Below are positions 35,569-45,426 of a stretch of DNA of 64,000 nucleotides, in pieces (the stretch's first letter is position 1; each line of letters begins with the position of its first letter). The position numbers and the translations under genes were made by a program. Under the pieces are notes generated by a model. The model had not been told where the DNA came from, made no database searches, and saw only the letters and a list, made by a program, of their open reading frames with translations. This stretch comes from a virus, in the IMG/VR virus record IMGVR_UViG_3300026875_000002. One strand, written 5' to 3'.

Positions 35569-36274
35569 TTATTTTCTGTAACACAAGCAGATTACCATAT
35601 TTTTTAATTCTCTCTTATTATTAAGAGTCTCCAAAGGGAGTCTGTGGAGAAAGTAAAATGGTTAAAATACGTTGGATATATTTTTTTTGAATAGTATTGG
35701 GAGAAAAAGAAGAATATTTCATAAAAAAAAATTTAGGGGAAATCATCATGTTTCAAGGAAAAAGTATCCATATCCTAGCATGGAAGAGATCTATACGTGG
35801 AATTAATGAATGAATCAAAATGGTTTTTTTTATAATAAATGTTTTTTTTAAAGTTGTAAATTTTTATCAGAGAAAATTATCGTTATATGTTTTTTCATCA
35901 CCCTGTGAAAAAAAGTAAAAGTAGTCTTTGCTGCAATTATGCTACGTCAGTAATAAATATTTAACAGTATATTATGTATCCTTGAAAAAAAAGAAAAAGG
36001 GAAATCCCCCCATAATTTCCTTATCATTTGTTCCTATAATCTCCCATTTGTATGTTCATTCCACCAGGACATACTCACTATTCAAATATATTAGGAAATA
36101 ACCATTTATTTTTCACCCTCCTTAATTTTATTAAATGATTTTCTACTTGGGAGTTTAAAAGTTACTCCGAAAATCAAAATACCCTAATCACCCCCCCCCC
36201 CAAGGAAGAGTATAACAGGCTGAATCCATATGTACGTGAACCGAAGAACAGGTCAAAGAATCACAGACCACGAA

Positions 36275-36378
36275 ATGAATAAGAAACTAAAAAATAATCC
36301 CCACTACACACACCCATACTCAAATGAAATCACAATAGAACATGAAACGTGGACCTATATAAAAAGTAGGCTAGACTA
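36275..36378 (+). pseudogene. Frameshifted fragment resembling the 5' end of ORF 36940
   Basis: atgaataagaaactaaaaaataatcc...atactcaaatgaaatcaca versus atgaagaaaaaaataaaaaataatccatacttaaatgaaataaca, with a ~13-nt insertion. Confidence 0.35.
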
Positions 36379-36381
36379 AAA

Positions 36382-36726
36382 ATGAAATATATTTCAAAGC
36401 TAAATAAGAAGTATTGTATTTACAAATGGTGTAATGGGAAAAATGTGTATTTTGGAACATTTAACACACTAAAAGAAGCCCAGAAATATAGGGATTTCCT
36501 AATAAATCATGATTGGGATTTAAAGTATAGGAAAAGAAGTCCACGAAAATATAATCTCCCAAAATATATCTATAAGAAACCTGGGGAAGACATGTTTATT
36601 ATCAGGAAAACAGTGGATTATCAGCAAGTACATCTTGGTTATTATAAAACATTACAAGAAGCCATTAAAGAAAAAGAGTTCTATGAGAGTATCAACTGGG
36701 ATTTAGACTTACTCGACTTATACTAG
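36382..36726 (+). CDS. Protein with two AP2-like repeats
   Basis: KYI....Y.I....G..VYFGTF.TL.EA occurs twice. Confidence 0.7.
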   Translation: MKYISKLNKKYCIYKWCNGKNVYFGTFNTLKEAQKYRDFLINHDWDLKYRKRSPRKYNLPKYIYKKPGEDMFIIRKTVDYQQVHLGYYKTLQEAIKEKEFYESINWDLDLLDLY

Positions 36727-36939
36727 ATTTTAACCCTTATTTTATTGGATTTTATGATTATGTGGGGATATAATAAATTATAATTTTTTCAACAAGATCA
36801 TACAAATACACTTCCCCCCATGTATTATAATATTAAGAGGTAAAAAAAATACAAGGAATATCCACCAAATCCACTTAAATAAACTATTCACCATTAATTA
36901 TTAAGAATATCTAATTAATCTAGAGGGAGAACCCCACAA

Positions 36940-37293
36940 ATGAAGAAAAAAATAAAAAATAATCCATACTTAAATGAAATAACATTCCAAACATTCACAG
37001 ACACATACAAACGTAAACATGAAAACAATGAATTATACACACAACAATACCATCAACTCACAAAAAAAATAGCACAATACCTACAAACCCCCCACCAAAA
37101 CATAATAATAAACATACCCGACAAAATAATCACAATAAACATAGAACAAGACAGACTCATACTCCTAACACTACAAAAACTAACAGAACTAACAGAATAC
37201 CTCGGAGTAGAAGACATCCGCATCTACACCCCAAGTAGAAACACACTCATAATAAATTACAACAATAAAGAAGAAGAGGAAAAAGACACATGA
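36940..37293 (+). CDS. Hypothetical protein
   Basis: 117-aa ORF with RBS gaggga. Confidence 0.65.
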   Translation: MKKKIKNNPYLNEITFQTFTDTYKRKHENNELYTQQYHQLTKKIAQYLQTPHQNIIINIPDKIITINIEQDRLILLTLQKLTELTEYLGVEDIRIYTPSRNTLIINYNNKEEEEKDT

Positions 37294-37538
37294 CCACAAA
37301 TATCAATCTACAATCACTAATAGTAGGAATACTAGGAATATCACTAATAAGTATGATATACCTACACTACGACACAGAACTAATCCTAGCCCTAATAACA
37401 GGACTAGTAGGAGTACTTGTACCAGTCAAAAACACAAATACTATAACAACACAAGAAGCAATAAAACAACTAGAACAAGACCCCACAATACAAGTACAAA
37501 CAGAAGAGATGAACAATGATAAACAAGAATACTCCTAA
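37290..37538 (+). CDS. Holin-like two-helix membrane protein
   Basis: Two hydrophobic segments followed by a charged C-terminal tail. Confidence 0.55.
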   Translation: MTTNINLQSLIVGILGISLISMIYLHYDTELILALITGLVGVLVPVKNTNTITTQEAIKQLEQDPTIQVQTEEMNNDKQEYS

Positions 37539-37875
37539 AACCAAAACAAAAAACATAATGGAGGGAAAAATGCAAAACAAGAAAATAGAAGGAAATGAAA
37601 CAATACAAGACTATCGATTAACCCTCCTAGAAAAACAAATAGCAGAAAACCAGAAAATAATAAACGAAAACCAAAAACAACTCATAACAAAACTAGAAAG
37701 AATAGAAACACAATTCCAAAAAGACCATGAAAGAATAATACAACACGAAGCACACCTACAACAATTAGACACAAAACTAGAAAAATACGATAAATACCTC
37801 TTCATGATCATAAGCACAGTCATCGCACAAATATTTGTATTAATAACACAATTAATACCACACATATTCCACTAA
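37516..37875 (+). CDS. Coiled-coil protein with a C-terminal transmembrane helix (XhlA-like architecture)
   Basis: Heptad region, then YLFMIISTVIAQIFVLITQLI. Confidence 0.6.
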   Translation: MINKNTPKTKTKNIMEGKMQNKKIEGNETIQDYRLTLLEKQIAENQKIINENQKQLITKLERIETQFQKDHERIIQHEAHLQQLDTKLEKYDKYLFMIISTVIAQIFVLITQLIPHIFH

Positions 37876-37902
37876 AAAAAAGGGGAAGAAGGTGAAAACT
37901 AA

Positions 37903-38022
37903 ATGGAATCCATACACATATTCAACATAACCCTCACAATATTAAACATAATAATATGCTTAATATGCATATACATACTCACAAACATGATAAAATACAT
38001 GAAACCCCACAAAGAAGAATAA
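37903..38022 (+). CDS. Small membrane protein (39 aa), not in ORF track
   Basis: RBS ggtga; reads MESIHIFNITLTILNIIICLICIYILTNMIKYMKPHKEE. Confidence 0.5.
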   Translation: MESIHIFNITLTILNIIICLICIYILTNMIKYMKPHKEE

Positions 38023-38164
38023 AAAATAACAAGACATATACTCATAAACCAAAAAAACAACCCAAAAAAATAACAAGTACCATAATTAAAAAATTTTTTT
38101 TTAAACCACGAATTGAATAAAAATGTAACTTTCAAAAAAAAACTGCAAAAGAAGGAAATTCAAG

Positions 38165-38743
38165 ATGACAAAACACAAATTTGACCAACAACCCCACGAA
38201 TCAGAAAAATTATACAATAGATTCAAAAGATACAGAGCAAAACACAAATCCATCACTCTTGAAAAATTTGCAGAAGAAGAAGGAGTAACAAAATCAACAA
38301 TAGCACAAAACAGTGCAAAATGGAATTGGGATGCACGAGCAGATGCATGGGATGCATATGAAGCACAAAAATTATACAAGAAAGTTCAAGATGACTTCGA
38401 AAAACTCAACAAGAAAGGATTACATGACATGGATAACTTCATTGATGAACTTAATGAACTAAGAAAAGATGCAATGAAACGATTCAGAAAAGAAGCAATT
38501 AACAGTACTACTTGTCTTAATATTATGAAGAATTATATTACCTGTTATCGTGAGGCTACTGAAATTTATTATATTAATTGTCGTAAACCTTTATTCCCTC
38601 CAGATATTGTTGAAGAAGATAAGGGTGCTGATGATAAAATTGATAATATCTTATCTGAAAATGAGGCTCATAATCATGTTGTACAGTTACGTAAAGAGGG
38701 GAGTGCTAAGATTATGAGACCTGGATCTAATATTTCAGATTAA
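38165..38743 (+). CDS. terS: Terminase small subunit
   Basis: ESEK.Y.RF..Y, HTH, S.KWNW.ARA.AWD motif; directly upstream of terL. Confidence 0.75.
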   Translation: MTKHKFDQQPHESEKLYNRFKRYRAKHKSITLEKFAEEEGVTKSTIAQNSAKWNWDARADAWDAYEAQKLYKKVQDDFEKLNKKGLHDMDNFIDELNELRKDAMKRFRKEAINSTTCLNIMKNYITCYREATEIYYINCRKPLFPPDIVEEDKGADDKIDNILSENEAHNHVVQLRKEGSAKIMRPGSNISD

Positions 38744-38882
38744 GTTTTATGTGTTTGTTCAGCATTTCTATTTTTTTATTGAACACCTCTGATTTAAATC
38801 CCCCTATTTATTTTTTAGTAATATACATTGTTTACAATATTATCTTATTTTATACATATTTTATAACTGAGTGATTATTACC

Positions 38883-40316
38883 ATGTTAGTCAACTACGAT
38901 AAATTAAACCAAACCATCACCGAAAGTGAACAACAAACATATATAGATGAAGTTCTACGCAATCCATACATTCCTCATGGTAATAAAAAGGAACCATGGA
39001 AAAAAGTAGACCCATTCTATGAACAAATGTTAATACTCATGGATGAATGTGACAAAAAATACCCTGATTATAAATTAATCAGTGGAGGAGCATTTAGTGG
39101 AAAAAGTCAAATGACAGCAATCATGGCAGCAAGATACCTCATATATCCTAACTATCGTGGACTAATACTACGAAACACATATAAACAAGTAGTAAGTAGT
39201 GGCGGAGCAGTTGACAAACTCCGTGGATGGTTAGGTGATAAAAAAAGACTTGGAAAATACACATGTAAAGAAAACAAAACAGAAATGTTCTTTGAAGCAC
39301 CCAACGGGGCAAGAATATACTACAGTTACTGTGACACACCAGAACAAATGGATAAAATAAGAGGAACAAGTTACCATGACATATTCATAGAAGAAGCAAG
39401 TGAAATACCTGGAGACATACTAGAATTTCTACCCCGCTCCATACGACCACACAGAGGAAAAGATTATATTCCTGAGGGATATGTACTTAACAGTAACCCA
39501 TCATTTGGGCCTGGTGTTGACTGGCTTCATAAAATGTTTCTTGATGAAGATAGTCCTCATAAACATTACACATTAGACCTTATGATGAATCCCTTCGTGG
39601 ATAGAATTGCATATGATAAAAGACTTGCAGAAATGAGTCCAGTACAACAAGCATTCATGCGTTTTGGTGACTGGAATTATGTTCCTGATGGTGGACTTCT
39701 TCTTACACGTGAACAATTAGAAGAAGCTGAAATTGACCCCCTTGAATTTGATTATAATGATACTATTTTTAGTTTGATTGGTGTTGATATTGCTGGTGAA
39801 GGTGATGATTACACTAGTCTTACAAGTATACTTTACCTTAAGAATGGTAATGTTATTCTTGATGATAATATTCTTCTTAATGATAGTACCCTTGAGGAAC
39901 AAGTAAAACATTTCGTAGAAGAACAGACTGAGAAAACAAAACTCAATCGTATCATCTTTGAAGAAGAAGGAGGAGGAAGTGCAACCTATGCACTTAAACA
40001 TTTCAAGCATGTACTAAGTGATATTCAGAAAAAGAATTATTTCAGTGTGAAAATGAAACCAGTACGAAAAAATAAATTTGAAAGAGCAAGACCACTAGCA
40101 TATGGTATACGAAATGGATTTGTACGTATCAACAAGTTTATCCCAAACAAGCAGTTACTACAAAATCAATTCATGTATGTAAATCCAGATAAGCAGATAA
40201 TGAAAAAACATAAAAGTCCGGATTTCCTTGATAGTGCCACTATCGGATATAATAGTCTTAACAGTATGTATAATCTTGAAGAATACAATAGAAAAATTAG
40301 GAGAAATAATAAATGA
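38883..40316 (+). CDS. terL: Terminase large subunit
   Basis: GGAFSGKS Walker A, IFIEEASE Walker B, NSNPS coupling motif, GVDIAGEGDD and DFLDS nuclease motifs. The ORF track starts at GTG 38871. Confidence 0.95.
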   Translation: MLVNYDKLNQTITESEQQTYIDEVLRNPYIPHGNKKEPWKKVDPFYEQMLILMDECDKKYPDYKLISGGAFSGKSQMTAIMAARYLIYPNYRGLILRNTYKQVVSSGGAVDKLRGWLGDKKRLGKYTCKENKTEMFFEAPNGARIYYSYCDTPEQMDKIRGTSYHDIFIEEASEIPGDILEFLPRSIRPHRGKDYIPEGYVLNSNPSFGPGVDWLHKMFLDEDSPHKHYTLDLMMNPFVDRIAYDKRLAEMSPVQQAFMRFGDWNYVPDGGLLLTREQLEEAEIDPLEFDYNDTIFSLIGVDIAGEGDDYTSLTSILYLKNGNVILDDNILLNDSTLEEQVKHFVEEQTEKTKLNRIIFEEEGGGSATYALKHFKHVLSDIQKKNYFSVKMKPVRKNKFERARPLAYGIRNGFVRINKFIPNKQLLQNQFMYVNPDKQIMKKHKSPDFLDSATIGYNSLNSMYNLEEYNRKIRRNNK

Positions 40317-41752
40317 CTACATTAAATGAATTATTTCCAGAATTAGAAAATTTTCAACAAGAATTAGAGGAATATCTTACACTTGATGAAAGTAGTACAA
40401 CACAAAAAAGAGACACAATCCAACATGAATATCTTAAACCTATTGTTGATCCAAGATTATCAAGGTATGTGTATCATCGTTGTGATGACCTTCAAAAAGT
40501 TTTAACAGTATATGCAAAAGATGTTATTCTTAATGATTTTTCATTAGAAGATGTTGATGAAAACGATGAAAACATTGAATTAATCAATACAGTATGGAAT
40601 AATAATGAAAACAAAATACAATTATACTATGCAGTACTTGAATACTTCATATATGGATATGGAGCATTAGAAATTATTCAGCAAAGAAAAGGATATTCAT
40701 TCCAACAAATACCTGCTCATACAATTAAAATAAGAGTAGAACCATTAACAAGTACTGTTACAGGTAATACATATCAATTTTATTTTCTTGAACAAGAAAT
40801 TAACGGAATCAAAACACTACTAAAATTCAGTCATCTTGATTATACTCTTCTTGAAAAATATGGTGATAAGGGTATTCTTGAGCAACTAGATTATGATAAT
40901 CTTAATGAATGTCTCTGGTTTGGAGGATGTAATGAAGACCAATTCTTTGATATTCCTGCATGGGAAAGTTGTAGTGAGAAGATATATACCAACATTGCAA
41001 TCAAGAAGATGAATCTTAAGAAAATTAATAAGGGAAATGTTCCTGCGGGCGTATTAATGTTTGAAGGACCTCCAGCATTACCTGACCCTGATAATCCTGA
41101 TGAAAAACGTATTGATCATATTCTTGAAGAGAATATTGATGCTACAGAGGGAGGTACCATGTTTACTTATATTACTAGTGATAGTGAGGAGCGTGGCGTT
41201 ACTATGCAGTATCAATCTCTTGTTGATAATAATTATGAATATTTTAATGGGTTAGAAGAAGCTAATCGTAAAAGTATTTATAAATGTATTGGTGTTCCTC
41301 CTATTCGTTTAATGCTCATGGATCAAAAAGAATCTATGAATAGTGATAAAAGTGATAAGGTTTTCAGTATTTATTGTGATAATGAAATACGTCCAACACA
41401 GATGCTTTTTAAGTCACCGATTAATCAGTGGAATAGGAAATATTTAAAGATTACTTCAAGTATTGTTATTGATACTCCCGAGTTTGTTGATAAGACAGGT
41501 ATTCGTATTGATAATATTCTTAAAGGTTTTAATGCTGGATTATTAACTCTTGGACAAGCTCTTGAAGGATTAGTTGATATTTATCCTCAACTTGACCTTC
41601 AAAGGAATGTGGATGATCCAGAATTACTGAACATGAGATTCTATAATGGTAATGCACTAGGTACCAATAATAATGTTAGTGATAAAGAGGAACAATACAC
41701 TGACATGATTAAAGGTATGGAATCCTACCTTAACAATATGGACTCAATATAA
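40313..41752 (+). CDS. Portal protein
   Basis: YFIYGYGALEI, IPAHTI, GNVPAGVL, GVPPIRL motifs; follows terL. Confidence 0.9.
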   Translation: MTTLNELFPELENFQQELEEYLTLDESSTTQKRDTIQHEYLKPIVDPRLSRYVYHRCDDLQKVLTVYAKDVILNDFSLEDVDENDENIELINTVWNNNENKIQLYYAVLEYFIYGYGALEIIQQRKGYSFQQIPAHTIKIRVEPLTSTVTGNTYQFYFLEQEINGIKTLLKFSHLDYTLLEKYGDKGILEQLDYDNLNECLWFGGCNEDQFFDIPAWESCSEKIYTNIAIKKMNLKKINKGNVPAGVLMFEGPPALPDPDNPDEKRIDHILEENIDATEGGTMFTYITSDSEERGVTMQYQSLVDNNYEYFNGLEEANRKSIYKCIGVPPIRLMLMDQKESMNSDKSDKVFSIYCDNEIRPTQMLFKSPINQWNRKYLKITSSIVIDTPEFVDKTGIRIDNILKGFNAGLLTLGQALEGLVDIYPQLDLQRNVDDPELLNMRFYNGNALGTNNNVSDKEEQYTDMIKGMESYLNNMDSI

Positions 41753-41758
41753 TGTGGG

Positions 41759-43621
41759 ATGGGATGTGATTACCCTATGCTACATAAAAAGAAATTATTA
41801 AAGGTAATTGATTACCTTTACACTGCCAAGGCATATGATGATGCAATGACTCATTACATGATGGATGCCATTGATGATGCTACTCTTTTTGAACTTCTTC
41901 GTAACCCCTCTCTTTTTATGAATATTGCCCTTTATAATCAGTTTACACGTAAATATTTTCCACAAATAAACACATCCAGTGATATTCAAAGAGCTGGAAC
42001 ACCCCTTCATAGAACAATAATTGAACAAACAATAAAACAAAACATGACAACACAGGAACAACGAAGACAAAGAATATATAAAATTAACTATGAACAACTA
42101 CTACGAGACTCTAACAGAATACGACAAAACAAACAAGTACCTAACACAACAACAAACAATGTACGAATACATGACATACAAAACAAGACAACAAGAGACC
42201 TCACAGAACAACATGAAAAACTAATAAACGCCCAAATAGACAAACTAGAAAAAGAATTCAGAGAACTAGTAGAACAAGATGAACCAATAATCAAGGGACC
42301 AAACATAAAAGAAAACAAGGAAATAAAAAAACTAAGAAAAGAACACAACAAACAAATAGCGAGACAAAACAAGAGATTAGCAAAAAACAAGGACAACAGA
42401 GTCAAATGGATGACAGAACGCTTGAAAGATAAGCCCCACATCTACAAAGTATGGAATCAAACACCAAATCCAAAGACAAGACATACTATAACAGATGGAC
42501 AAAAAGTACCACTAGAAGAAAAATTTGAGGTAATTAATGATAAAACAGGACAAATAGATATGATGGATTACCCTGGAGATTGGAAGGGTAGTCCTGCAAA
42601 TACTGCTAATTGTTTATGTGAATTAAGTTTTACTGATGATGACAGTAATGTGTATGATCCTAAGAAGAAATCAGTACGAGAGGAATATCTAGAATTACAG
42701 AAAAAAGTAGATAGACTAGAAGAAGGATTTGGTGAACGAGCAATAAAATTGATTAATGATGCGACTTTTCTAGGAAATGATAATGATATAAAATGGGTAT
42801 TAAAACATTTGGGGATAGGTTACAAAGAAAGGAATAGACTACATATATCTGATATTAATAAAGCGTTAGATGTACGTGATAAGTATATTCAAGAGGGATA
42901 TTATGAATCTGATTTTAATTTAGAAAAAGCATATGGTAAAATATATATGGAACATGTGACAGCTAATATAAATAATTTATTAGTTGATAGTGTTTCAAAA
43001 AAAAGTAATTCACATAGTTATAATATTTTATCTAAACATTATAACCGTAGAAGAATAGAAAGGGATAAGGCGCTATATTCCCCTGAAGAACTTAAAGCTT
43101 TGGATTTTTATTCAAAACCTATTTTTTATTCAACATTTAACGCATGGCAACGTCAAAATTTTTCAAAAAAAGTATTAGAAGATGAAACTAAAAGGGAACA
43201 CAGTCTTTTAAGAAAGTATGATGCCGATTCTTTAGAAAAGATCTTTAAAAAAAATTACAATATTTTAAAAGATATGAGTATTCCATTAAACCAGGATATT
43301 ATATTATATCATGGACAAGGAAATTTATATCCTAGCGATGGGAAGGAATTAAAAGAGAAGGGAGTGTGGAACAATACTTTAAGTTTAGGTGCTTTTAAGC
43401 AAAGTGGGTTAAAATATGCAACTAATAATGGTGAAAAAATGATATTATTCAAGGTATATATTCCAAAAGGTACAAGAGTAACACCTATATTACAATTAAG
43501 TAGTAAACTTGGTAATACTGTTGAATCAGAATTATTACTTGATAGAGGACATGAGTATAAAGTAGATCATTATTACTATGATGAAGGCTGTGCTACTAGA
43601 GATGTAAGATTAATTAATTAA
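41759..43621 (+). CDS. MuF-type head morphogenesis protein fused to a C-terminal ADP-ribosyltransferase (VIP2/C3-like) domain
   Basis: MuF motif W...RH...DGQKVPLEEKF...YPGD...NTANCLC. ART motifs IILYHG, LFKVYIPKGT, ESELLLDRG. Confidence 0.8.
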   Translation: MGCDYPMLHKKKLLKVIDYLYTAKAYDDAMTHYMMDAIDDATLFELLRNPSLFMNIALYNQFTRKYFPQINTSSDIQRAGTPLHRTIIEQTIKQNMTTQEQRRQRIYKINYEQLLRDSNRIRQNKQVPNTTTNNVRIHDIQNKTTRDLTEQHEKLINAQIDKLEKEFRELVEQDEPIIKGPNIKENKEIKKLRKEHNKQIARQNKRLAKNKDNRVKWMTERLKDKPHIYKVWNQTPNPKTRHTITDGQKVPLEEKFEVINDKTGQIDMMDYPGDWKGSPANTANCLCELSFTDDDSNVYDPKKKSVREEYLELQKKVDRLEEGFGERAIKLINDATFLGNDNDIKWVLKHLGIGYKERNRLHISDINKALDVRDKYIQEGYYESDFNLEKAYGKIYMEHVTANINNLLVDSVSKKSNSHSYNILSKHYNRRRIERDKALYSPEELKALDFYSKPIFYSTFNAWQRQNFSKKVLEDETKREHSLLRKYDADSLEKIFKKNYNILKDMSIPLNQDIILYHGQGNLYPSDGKELKEKGVWNNTLSLGAFKQSGLKYATNNGEKMILFKVYIPKGTRVTPILQLSSKLGNTVESELLLDRGHEYKVDHYYYDEGCATRDVRLIN

Positions 43622-43662
43622 GAAAAACACAGTAATATATAACAACAAAATTTTGGTGAAGA

Positions 43663-43983
43663 ATGTTGAAAAAATATCATGTAAAATATAGTGGGGAAAG
43701 TTTAGTAGAACATAGAGAATACTTAAAGGAAATAATAAAATATCTCAAAAAACATCCTGAAGAAGAAGGATTATACTTATTTGCCAGTGAGTTCCAATAT
43801 ACTCTTGGAACTGAGGATCCATTGTATGCAAGAGTTCAAGATTTATTTGATGAAAATCCATGGTGTACAATATATAGTAACCTGCATACTAAGGCTAGAA
43901 ATGGAGATATGATGGATCAAAAGGAGTTTCATGATTATTTTGTTAAGAAGTTTCCGCAGTGGAAAGATATCTATTACTACTAA
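43663..43983 (+). CDS. Hypothetical protein; candidate immunity protein for the ART domain
   Basis: 106-aa ORF 41 bp after the ART fusion, followed by a T-rich terminator-like tract. Confidence 0.5.
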   Translation: MLKKYHVKYSGESLVEHREYLKEIIKYLKKHPEEEGLYLFASEFQYTLGTEDPLYARVQDLFDENPWCTIYSNLHTKARNGDMMDQKEFHDYFVKKFPQWKDIYYY

Positions 43984-44327
43984 CTCTCTTTCACTCTCTT
44001 TTTTTAACTTTATTATTTTTTTTGTTTTTCAGCATTAATAGAATTCCCTCCACATGTATTAATAGTAGTGAAGAAATGTACAATAACCTGCCTTAAATTA
44101 TACGAAAATAAAAACTTTTCACCTCCACACTCCATTTTTGCCGATGATGAATTTTACTAATTTTTTTTTATAATACTATTAATTCGGAGGTAAAAAATAC
44201 AATAATTAATCCCATAATACTTAAGGGTATAATTTAATGGTTTTATTAATATAATATAAATAATTGCTAAACCAGGTAATCCTCATTAATTATAATCCAA
44301 GAGCATAATGGAGGAGGAATAAAACAC

Positions 44328-45401
44328 ATGCCAACTGATGTAATCTACATAAAATGCTGTGTACTCGCAAGCCAAATACCAGACATAACCAATGATGTAC
44401 TACAAAGAAGCGACATCAAAAAAATATTCGCAAACACTAAAAACATCAATTTCGACATAGAACACCAACGAAAATACCTAAGTGGGATAGAGATTGTTGA
44501 GAATTATATAAATCAAACAGAAGAACACATCAAAGGTACAATGATACCTCCTGGTTCATGGATAATGGTCTTAGCAATCTACAACAACCAACTACAAAAC
44601 AGTATACAAGAGAACAAGATAAGAGGAGTAAGCCTAAGAACAGCACTAGGAGAAGCAGTAAACCTAACAGACAATACACTAACCGGAAGAATAGAATACA
44701 AAGACATACTAAACAAGGAAGAAATGCAACCAGAAAGCATAAGCTTCACAAGTGACCCAGCAAATGAAATACCAATAGAAGTAATGACATACGAGGCATA
44801 CACGGCAAAAAATAAGAATAGAAGAACAGGTGACAAAATGATAAATGAAGATAGTGAAAACAGTTTTTGGAGAAGACTCTTCAAAGAAAATTTCACAGCA
44901 AAAAATACTGCAAACCCAACACCTCAACCAACAAGTGAATTACTTGGAAGTGTTGATGCAGAAGAATTTATGAATTCTATGATAGAATCTCAAAAAGCAA
45001 TATCAAAACAAACCGAACTAATACAAAAATTAGTAGAAAGTCAGACAAAAAGTGCTGATGCAATAAATAATCTAAAAATAGAACTAGAACAATTCAAACT
45101 AAATCTTTCAGACATGAAACTAGCAACAACAAACACAGAAGAAACTACAGAACCCAAAGAACAAGACACAGAAAATCAAGAAGAAAACACAGAAGAAATA
45201 GAAACAAAACCCCAGGATGCTAAAGAAAAACAAAACACAGACAAAGAACAAGATGAAAACAAAGAAAAAGAAAAACCGGAAGAAAAACACACAGCAAAAT
45301 CAAGAAAACCAGTAAGAAGGTTAGTACAAACTAATCAAGAACAAGAAGAAATCCTAAAATTCATAGCAAACAGAAGTTATGAAAACTTTATGAAAAACTA
45401 A
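44328..45401 (+). CDS. XkdF-like prohead serine protease with a C-terminal scaffold region
   Basis: DIEHQ, IVENYI, GSWIM, IRGVSL, ISF...PAN motifs; coiled-coil acidic tail. Confidence 0.8.
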   Translation: MPTDVIYIKCCVLASQIPDITNDVLQRSDIKKIFANTKNINFDIEHQRKYLSGIEIVENYINQTEEHIKGTMIPPGSWIMVLAIYNNQLQNSIQENKIRGVSLRTALGEAVNLTDNTLTGRIEYKDILNKEEMQPESISFTSDPANEIPIEVMTYEAYTAKNKNRRTGDKMINEDSENSFWRRLFKENFTAKNTANPTPQPTSELLGSVDAEEFMNSMIESQKAISKQTELIQKLVESQTKSADAINNLKIELEQFKLNLSDMKLATTNTEETTEPKEQDTENQEENTEEIETKPQDAKEKQNTDKEQDENKEKEKPEEKHTAKSRKPVRRLVQTNQEQEEILKFIANRSYENFMKN

Positions 45402-45426
45402 AAACAACCTTGGAGGAAAAAGAAAC

